Virus record (IMG/VR): IMGVR_UViG_3300045988_074229 | Location: 1-19,332 of that record | Direction: 5' to 3' (one strand) | DNA: 19,332 nucleotides | Source of the DNA: a virus | Part shown: positions 1 through 4,461 of the stretch, piece after piece | Layout: each line of letters opens with the position of its first letter | How positions within the stretch are numbered: position 1 is the first letter of the stretch | The notes under the pieces: generated by a model | What the model was told of the DNA's origin: nothing | What the model saw: the letters and a program-made list of their open reading frames with translations, nothing else | Databases searched by the model: none | Made by a program: the position numbers and the translations under genes

Positions 1-55
1 TTTACTTGACAGGTAGATGTATTAGTGCTATACTTATAGTAGATAAAACAGAAAG
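1..55. repeat. Left inverted terminal repeat (55 bp)
   Basis: Bases 1..55 (TTTACTTGACAGGTAGATGTATTAGTGCTATACTTATAGTAGATAAAACAGAAAG) are the exact reverse complement of 19278..19332. Identity breaks at position 56. Terminal repeats are typical of protein-primed linear phage genomes. Confidence 0.95.
6..34 (+). promoter_or_regulatory. Early promoter inside the left ITR (TTGACA-17 nt-TATACT)
   Basis: TTGACA at 6..11, 17-nt spacer, TATACT at 29..34. It points into gene 70..468, whose SD (AAAGGAG) lies at 52..58. Confidence 0.75.
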
Positions 56-69
56 GAGAAAATCTCCAA

Positions 70-468
70 ATGGAAACATTAAGCTTAGAATTATTGAAAG
101 CCTATCAGGGCTACGTGCGTGACTTAATGAATCAGAAAAATATGTTTTTAGATTATTATATGCCTGATAGTGTTTTACCGAAATCAGCAGGTCTATTGAT
201 CAAGTCTTATTGCTGGAATATGAAAATGGATCCGTACCGAGCGCCTCAACAATTGAAGAAAGTTGAGTCATGGATGCGTAAGGCTGGGCCAAAGGATTTG
301 AAGATTAAGCGCGTGGATGCTTGCCTTGAGCTACTACTCTCGCAAGAGAAAGATGTGAGCTACTCAGACATAATTGACGCGTACGCAAAGACGAAACGTA
401 AAAAGTCAGCAATTGAGCCAAGAGATTACAACATGGACGCTGAGTACTTCTTCTCTCATTTAAAATAA
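70..468 (+). CDS. Hypothetical early protein (132 aa)
   Basis: First ORF downstream of the ITR promoter. SD GAAAGGAG sits upstream of the ATG at 70. I recognise no family. Confidence 0.8.
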   Translation: METLSLELLKAYQGYVRDLMNQKNMFLDYYMPDSVLPKSAGLLIKSYCWNMKMDPYRAPQQLKKVESWMRKAGPKDLKIKRVDACLELLLSQEKDVSYSDIIDAYAKTKRKKSAIEPRDYNMDAEYFFSHLK

Positions 469-507
469 AAACACATAAGCATTTTTAAAAAAAGTAGGGT
501 ATTACAC

Positions 508-536
508 TTGACAAGATAGCTGATTAGGTGTATACT
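508..536 (+). promoter_or_regulatory. Internal early promoter, paralogue of the ITR promoter
   Basis: TTGACA 508..513, 17-nt spacer, TATACT 531..536. The 13-mer TATACTTATAGTA (531..543) is identical to ITR bases 29..41. Confidence 0.7.
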
Positions 537-570
537 TATAGTAAAGAAAAACAAAAAGGACTAAAATATT

Positions 571-870
571 ATGCGTAAAGTTTATTACAAATACATGGAC
601 GACAACGAACGTACAGTAAGCGTACGACGAGAGATTACATTCGCGAAAGGCTACGTTTACAAAGTAGACAACGAAGGCAATGTGACAACAACACAACATG
701 ACATGACACTCGCGCTACGTCGTAGAGAGTCAGAGGTAAAACGTCGCTACGCGCATTACTGCGAGGAAAACGGATACGACGGTTTTAAGGTTTTGGACAT
801 TGAATATAAAAAGCTTACCTCGAATATTCCTATGACGGTATTCATGAAAGGACTAGATTATGACAGCTAA
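571..870 (+). CDS. Hypothetical early protein (99 aa, basic)
   Basis: ORF with AAAGGA upstream. It overlaps the next gene by 11 nt. Its position upstream of the TP/polymerase genes suggests a replication or regulatory role, but I see no recognisable motif. Confidence 0.8.
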   Translation: MRKVYYKYMDDNERTVSVRREITFAKGYVYKVDNEGNVTTTQHDMTLALRRRESEVKRRYAHYCEENGYDGFKVLDIEYKKLTSNIPMTVFMKGLDYDS

Positions 871-1603
871 GAAAAAAACAAACCTCAGCAGTGACCGCGG
901 ATATATCACACGGCGTGTCAATCAGCTCTCGAAGATGGGCGCAAAAGACGAAGAGATTAAAGCCGTCCTGGGTACTAATACTCTCTCTAGTAAAGAAATG
1001 GATACAAAGACCGTACGACGCGTAGCGAGTAAGCTTAAGACTAAAGCTTACGCGTCTAATGATCTTGCGGTTAATCCACACACGGGCGGTATCTACCGCG
1101 AATCAACGACGAAAAAGCTTCAGCTATTTCGCCAGATGGATACGACTATCGAGGGCGGGGGACGAGCTGATGGCGTGGCGATGGGTAAAGATTGGGCAAG
1201 CGAACAAAAAAGCAAATTTAGCAGATTGAATGAAACGCAAGTCCGCAAGATGAAAACAGGCTATGCAAAAGACAAAAAAAACCAGTATATCAGCGCTCTT
1301 GAGTCTCGCTATAAAGTGATGAAAAAGGCGGGCGCAACACCTGAGCAATTAAAAAACGCACGTGCCGCGATTCGTAGCGTTCGTCTTCTCAGTCCTACAA
1401 AGTTTGTGGATAGTTTGAAAGACCCTTCAACGCGTATGCAATGGAACATTAAAAACCTTCGAGAATGGTTTTATGACTCAGACGGTAAAAAAGTTGAAAT
1501 GAGTGACAGCACTAAAGTAAGCGAAATAGACAGCTCCTTTGATGATGTACGAGGTGCGTCTAAAGTTGCTTACAGTCGCTCGGCTCGACACCACAAAAAA
1601 TAA
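860..1603 (+). CDS. Putative terminal protein (247 aa)
   Basis: Lies immediately upstream of the protein-primed DNA polymerase, as gene 3 does in phi29. Lys/Arg-rich and of similar size (phi29 TP is 266 aa). The C-terminal motif WFYDSDGKKVE resembles the phi29 TP segment EEFDSEGNTVE, which contains the priming Ser232 (recalled from memory). Confidence 0.7.
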   Translation: MTAKKKTNLSSDRGYITRRVNQLSKMGAKDEEIKAVLGTNTLSSKEMDTKTVRRVASKLKTKAYASNDLAVNPHTGGIYRESTTKKLQLFRQMDTTIEGGGRADGVAMGKDWASEQKSKFSRLNETQVRKMKTGYAKDKKNQYISALESRYKVMKKAGATPEQLKNARAAIRSVRLLSPTKFVDSLKDPSTRMQWNIKNLREWFYDSDGKKVEMSDSTKVSEIDSSFDDVRGASKVAYSRSARHHKK

Positions 1604-1628
1604 ACAATAAAGAAAGCGATACTTTATT

Positions 1629-3245
1629 ATGAATACCACGAATAATAAAAAGAACCGCACTGACCGCACATTTTACGCGGCAGTGGCGGACATGACTAAC
1701 GAAAACGCGGAAAGCGTTACACTTAATAGCATTACTTTTAAACGTTGTCTCACTACTACTGCTACGACGTTTGACAGCATCGGCGCATTTTTGAAAGCCT
1801 GGGTTGGTCAAGGGCTTAACGATACAAACACAGTACACACGCTCTTTTTTCCGAATCTCGTTGAGGTCGCTGATACGCTCTTAGCGTACTTTATCGAAAA
1901 CGGTATTAAATACGATAATCAAATCGGTCTTGAGTTTTACGAGTTGCGCTTTTATGTCAACGATTACCGCTTCGAGATTAAAGATTTTAAAAAGGTCTTT
2001 GATGGTGATGTTAACGCTATGCGTGAGACCTTTAAGCTTAGCGGTAGCGACATTGATGTTTTTTGTAAAGCGGTTGAAGAATATTTCGTCGCAGGCAAAT
2101 ACGTTCGCTTTACTAATGCTTCGCAAGCGCTTTATGAATTTAAGCAAATCATGAAACAGCAAGGCTACGCCTTTGATAGTTATTTTCCACAACTTGCGGA
2201 CGATATCGATTCGCTATGTCGTGAAGTAGATAAATCTGGTTGGAATTACGTCGTTCCGAAATACGTTGATAAAGACATTAAAGGCGAGATTAATGTTTTT
2301 GATATTAATAGTATGTATGCCTTTATCCAAAAATCGGCGGTCTTGCCTTATGGTAAACCAGTCGAAATTAATACGGTATGGCCTAAAGCTCCTTTAGAAT
2401 CTCAAGTCTCTTTCGTTTCTTTTGAATGCGAATTTGAATTGAAAGACGGATTCTTTCCATTTGCTAAAACAGTAAACAGCATGTACAGCGATGGACACCT
2501 CACGTATGAAACTAAAGGACGCTCTACGTTTTGCATGACTTGGACTGAGTATCAGCTTTTTCTTAAAAGCTATGACGTCGTAGATTTTGTCTTTTTGAAA
2601 CAGGTGACTTTTGCAGGTGCCAGAGGTTTATTTGATACGTATGTAAATAAATATTACGCTGAAAAACAAGAAGCATCAACTCCTTTTAGTCGACAACATG
2701 CGAAAGCTATGCTCGTTAGTCTTTACGGAAAATTTGGCTCTAAGACTCGTCTTACGAATCGCGATCCACGAATCGACGAAACCACGGGTCGTGTGGTCTA
2801 TGAAAAAGGGCGTGATACGTTCGTAAAAGCGATTTACGCTCCAATGACTGCTGCTATTGCTTCTCTCGCTCGTACATATATTGTATCAGTCGCTCTCATG
2901 CATCGTGATAACTTTGTTTATAGTGATACGGATGCGGTACACTTGACAACTAAAGACGTGAAATTTGAAGTTGATTCAAAAAAACTCGGTGCGTTTGATT
3001 TGGAAGTCTCAGGCGTTCGCTTTAAATACATCCGTCAAAAATGTTACGCGATCGAAAAGACAGACGGTTCTCTCCACGTAAAGGTAGCAGGCATGACGGA
3101 CGCGGTCAAAAAACAGGTGACTTTTGACAATTTCAAGGTAGGTCAAAAATTCGACGGTCTCAAGAAAATGATTGGTCGTCGTGGTGGTATGTCGATTGTC
3201 ACAACTACTTTTGAAATTAAGGCAATTGACGATTTTGACTATTGA
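1629..3245 (+). CDS. Family-B protein-primed DNA polymerase (phi29 gp2-like, 538 aa)
   Basis: Motifs read directly: FDINSMYA (motif A), KAMLVSLYGKFG (motif B), FVYSDTDAVH (motif C, YxDTDS type), IRQKCYAIE and KVAGMTDAVKKQVTFDNFKVG. The last matches phi29 KCAGMTDKIKKEVTFENFKVG, recalled from memory. The N-terminal exonuclease motifs are not recognisable (see findings). Confidence 0.97.
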   Translation: MNTTNNKKNRTDRTFYAAVADMTNENAESVTLNSITFKRCLTTTATTFDSIGAFLKAWVGQGLNDTNTVHTLFFPNLVEVADTLLAYFIENGIKYDNQIGLEFYELRFYVNDYRFEIKDFKKVFDGDVNAMRETFKLSGSDIDVFCKAVEEYFVAGKYVRFTNASQALYEFKQIMKQQGYAFDSYFPQLADDIDSLCREVDKSGWNYVVPKYVDKDIKGEINVFDINSMYAFIQKSAVLPYGKPVEINTVWPKAPLESQVSFVSFECEFELKDGFFPFAKTVNSMYSDGHLTYETKGRSTFCMTWTEYQLFLKSYDVVDFVFLKQVTFAGARGLFDTYVNKYYAEKQEASTPFSRQHAKAMLVSLYGKFGSKTRLTNRDPRIDETTGRVVYEKGRDTFVKAIYAPMTAAIASLARTYIVSVALMHRDNFVYSDTDAVHLTTKDVKFEVDSKKLGAFDLEVSGVRFKYIRQKCYAIEKTDGSLHVKVAGMTDAVKKQVTFDNFKVGQKFDGLKKMIGRRGGMSIVTTTFEIKAIDDFDY

Positions 3246-3270
3246 CAATTTTTTAAAGTTTTGCTATAAT
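3242..3270 (+). promoter_or_regulatory. Consensus sigma-A promoter P1 (TTGACA-17-TATAAT) driving small RNA A
   Basis: TTGACA 3242..3247 overlaps the polymerase TGA stop. The spacer is 17 nt and TATAAT lies at 3265..3270. Confidence 0.75.
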
Positions 3271-3319
3271 GACAATGTGAGGTTAAGTGGTATTACCTCA
3301 CAGAGTATCGCTGAAATCG

Positions 3320-3348
3320 GGGCGTTAGTAGTGCAACGCTCTTTTTTT
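3320..3348 (+). terminator. Intrinsic terminator T1
   Basis: Stem GGGCGUU/AACGCUC (7 bp, one G.U), 8-nt loop AGUAGUGC, then U7 (3342..3348). It would also end the early operon. Confidence 0.75.
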
Positions 3349-3401
3349 GTACTGTTTTTAGTGGTACGCGTTAGAGTTACAGCACTACTCAGCAACGGTC
3401 A

Positions 3402-3429
3402 GGGCGTTTATAAAAACGCTCTTTTTTTT
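3402..3429 (+). terminator. Intrinsic terminator T2
   Basis: Stem GGGCGUUU/AAACGCUC (8 bp, one G.U), loop AUAA, then U8 (3422..3429). Confidence 0.8.
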
Positions 3430-3441
3430 GTATTCTAGCGC

Positions 3442-3470
3442 TTGACGTATTTGCCTTAGTGTGTTATTAT
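3442..3470 (+). promoter_or_regulatory. Promoter PB (TTGACG-17-TATTAT with upstream TGT) driving small RNA B
   Basis: TTGACG 3442..3447 and TATTAT 3465..3470, preceded by TGT. About 35 of 41 positions match the late promoter at 3837..3877 by hand alignment, including the shared GTGTTATTATAATAGTACA. Confidence 0.7.
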
Positions 3471-3477
3471 AATAGTA

Positions 3478-3644
3478 CAGAGATAGGCAAGGTAGAGCGT
3501 CTATCTCACAAAATTACATGAGTCATATTACATGAAGTACCACCTTTCTTATTAAAATCATAAAATCTCCTTTCTTTCTTATTTATCTATACTTTAAGCT
3601 CTACCACTACTACCACTTAGACGAGATGTCTAAGTGGATTTTTT
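3478..3644 (+). ncRNA. Predicted small RNA B (about 165 nt) with a pyrimidine-rich anti-SD-like core; prohead-RNA or regulatory RNA candidate
   Basis: Bounded by PB and terminator TB. The 5' hairpin is GAGAUAG (3480..3486)/CUAUCUC (3501..3507). Its loop GGUAGAGC (3491..3498) is complementary to GCUCUACC (3598..3605). Only 5- and 7-codon ATG ORFs without SD occur on this strand. Confidence 0.55.
3613..3644 (+). terminator. Intrinsic terminator TB
   Basis: Perfect 10-bp stem CCACUUAGAC/GUCUAAGUGG, loop GAGAU, then A + U6 (3639..3644). Confidence 0.85.
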
Positions 3645-3650
3645 ATATAT

Positions 3651-3678
3651 AAAAAAACAGCTTCCGTAAGGAAACTGT
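3651..3678 (-). terminator. Intrinsic terminator TC (minus strand), convergent with TB
   Basis: On the - strand: ACAGUUUCC UUAC GGAAGCUGU, a 9-bp stem with one U.G, followed by a U run (complement of A 3651..3656). On the + strand the same stem has a C/A mismatch and no U run, so it is oriented for - strand transcripts. Confidence 0.75.
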
Positions 3679-3797
3679 CTGAAGAAACTATCCGAGAGCA
3701 ACTGACAAAGCACGTGATTAAGATGCGAAAGCGTCAGGCGCAACTCAATGCGCAATCATCCTGGCGCTATGCGTCAATCACAATCGGTGCTTCTTGT
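3651..3797 (-). ncRNA. Predicted small RNA C (about 140 nt), transcribed divergently from the late promoter
   Basis: Bounded by - strand promoter PC (3804..3832) and - strand terminator TC. Internal helices: 3714..3719 with 3776..3781, 3730..3738 with 3760..3768, and 3739..3742 with 3749..3752. No SD-led ORF. Confidence 0.5.
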
Positions 3798-3803
3798 ATT
3801 ATT

Positions 3804-3832
3804 ATCTTAACACAAGTCTCAAAAAGTGTCAA
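3804..3832 (-). promoter_or_regulatory. Promoter PC (minus strand TTGACA-17-TAAGAT with upstream TGT)
   Basis: Reverse complement of 3827..3832 is TTGACA. The spacer is 17 nt. Reverse complement of 3804..3809 is TAAGAT, preceded by TGT. It shares CTTGACA...CTTGTGTTA with PB and the late promoter. Confidence 0.65.
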
Positions 3833-3837
3833 GCTAC

Positions 3838-3866
3838 TTGACATATTTGTCGTCTTGTGTTATTAT
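3838..3866 (+). promoter_or_regulatory. Late-operon promoter (TTGACA-17-TATTAT with upstream TGT)
   Basis: TTGACA 3838..3843 and TATTAT 3861..3866, followed by SD AAAGGAGG (3886..3892) and the scaffold ATG at 3903. Its -35 box lies back to back with that of PC. Confidence 0.75.
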
Positions 3867-3902
3867 AATAGTACAAATAAATGTAAAGGAGGCTTTTCCA
3901 CA

Positions 3903-4205
3903 ATGGATACAGCTTTTGAAACTAAAGACGCTCTTGAGCTTCTTGACTCACTTCCTGAACGTGTCGGAAACGACGATGAAATCGAATCAATTCTCGCGGA
4001 CTTGATTACATTAAAAGATTTTGTCAGCACGATTGATGAAATCGTGGCAACGTTGAACGAGGATGTCGCAAACCTTAACAAAAAAAACCAGGGTCTTATG
4101 GCATCAAATAACACGCTTTACCGACAAATTGGAAAACAAAACGAAGCAGCTGAAGAAGCTAAAGAAGCAGTCTCAAAAATCGCACAGATTAACGACTTGT
4201 TTTAA
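3903..4205 (+). CDS. Scaffolding protein (phi29 gp7-like, 100 aa)
   Basis: ATG at 3903 follows a strong SD AAAGGAGG. The protein is acidic and coiled-coil. LMASNNTLYRQIGKQNEAAEE resembles phi29 gp7 LIVSNSKLFRQIGLTEKQEE (recalled). The ORF-track start at 3714 would run through the promoter, so I reject it. Confidence 0.85.
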   Translation: MDTAFETKDALELLDSLPERVGNDDEIESILADLITLKDFVSTIDEIVATLNEDVANLNKKNQGLMASNNTLYRQIGKQNEAAEEAKEAVSKIAQINDLF

Positions 4206-4227
4206 TGACTAGAAAGGACACCAAAAA

Positions 4228-4461
4228 ATGAATCTACCTAAAATCGACTGGTACGGACGCGACGAGCTAAAAGCCATTTACGCTGACCGTGCTGTAGAAA
4301 CTAACGCACCGACTGACGTTGAACAACCTCTCACAAAACCTGCTGACAGTGTTGCGAACGTTGAACAAAATTATCCAGAACGTGTTGAACGTGCGGACGA
4401 ACTCGAAACAACTGAAGTTAACGAAAATAATCAAATTCCTGTAGAAGAAGGAGAAAAATAA
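4228..4461 (+). CDS. Hypothetical small acidic protein (77 aa) in the head-morphogenesis block
   Basis: SD GAAAGGA lies 9 nt upstream. Its stop overlaps the capsid gene start (TAATG). No family recognised. Confidence 0.75.
   Translation: MNLPKIDWYGRDELKAIYADRAVETNAPTDVEQPLTKPADSVANVEQNYPERVERADELETTEVNENNQIPVEEGEK

Larger units (their letters stand above)
3275..3429 (+). ncRNA. Predicted small RNA A (about 72 nt to terminator T1, about 155 nt if read through to T2); prohead-RNA candidate
   Basis: Starts about 7 nt after P1. The 5' hairpin pairs 3276..3283 with 3295..3302 (UGUGAGGU/ACCUCACA) around an 11-nt loop UAAGUGGUAUU. Two tandem intrinsic terminators follow. There is no SD-led ORF. 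Confidence 0.55.

Noticed and set aside
1-560. Idea that 503..560 is a relic internal telomere (a duplicated genome end)
   Set aside because: Only the promoter core (the -35 box, the -10 box plus 7 downstream bases, and the A-rich leader) is conserved. In an ungapped alignment the 17-nt spacer matches at just 6/17 positions, and the first five terminal bases match at 3/5. A shared promoter architecture explains the similarity. A cassette-duplication history is possible but not demonstrable from this window.
3172-3438. 88-aa + strand ORF spanning the end of the polymerase gene and the RNA A region
   Set aside because: It overlaps the polymerase in another frame, then crosses promoter P1 and both terminators. 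It has no SD, and its sequence is dominated by terminator-derived runs (VVVVV, FFVLFLVV).
3521-3541. Tiny + strand ATG ORFs inside RNA B (MSHIT and MKYHLSY)
   Set aside because: No SD, only 5 and 7 codons, and they lie in a repeated UUACAUGA element that is more plausibly structural.
3523-3561. Minus-strand micro-ORF (MILIRKVVLHVI) with an AAAGGAGA SD, plus a second SD-ATG-TAA start-stop, opposite the pyrimidine tract of RNA B
   Set aside because: I find no convincing minus-strand promoter upstream (3570..3660). The flanking promoter and terminator are both oriented for the + strand. The SD-like strings are more simply the complement of the anti-SD-like tract. This cannot be excluded without stranded RNA data.
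3714-3781. Possibility that the structured element at 3714..3781 acts as a + strand RNA
   Set aside because: Two helices have a G.U wobble on the + strand (3724/3733 and 3734/3764) that becomes a C/A mismatch on the minus strand. However, there is no + strand promoter after terminator TB, while the minus strand has both a good promoter and a strand-specific terminator. I kept the minus-strand call.
3714-3902. Upstream extension of the scaffold ORF (the track gives 3714..4205, GTG start, 163 aa)
   Set aside because: The extension runs through the late promoter, the divergent promoter and the RNA C region. It has no SD and reads as low-quality protein. A strong AAAGGAGG SD precedes the in-frame ATG at 3903, and the gp7-like similarity starts there.
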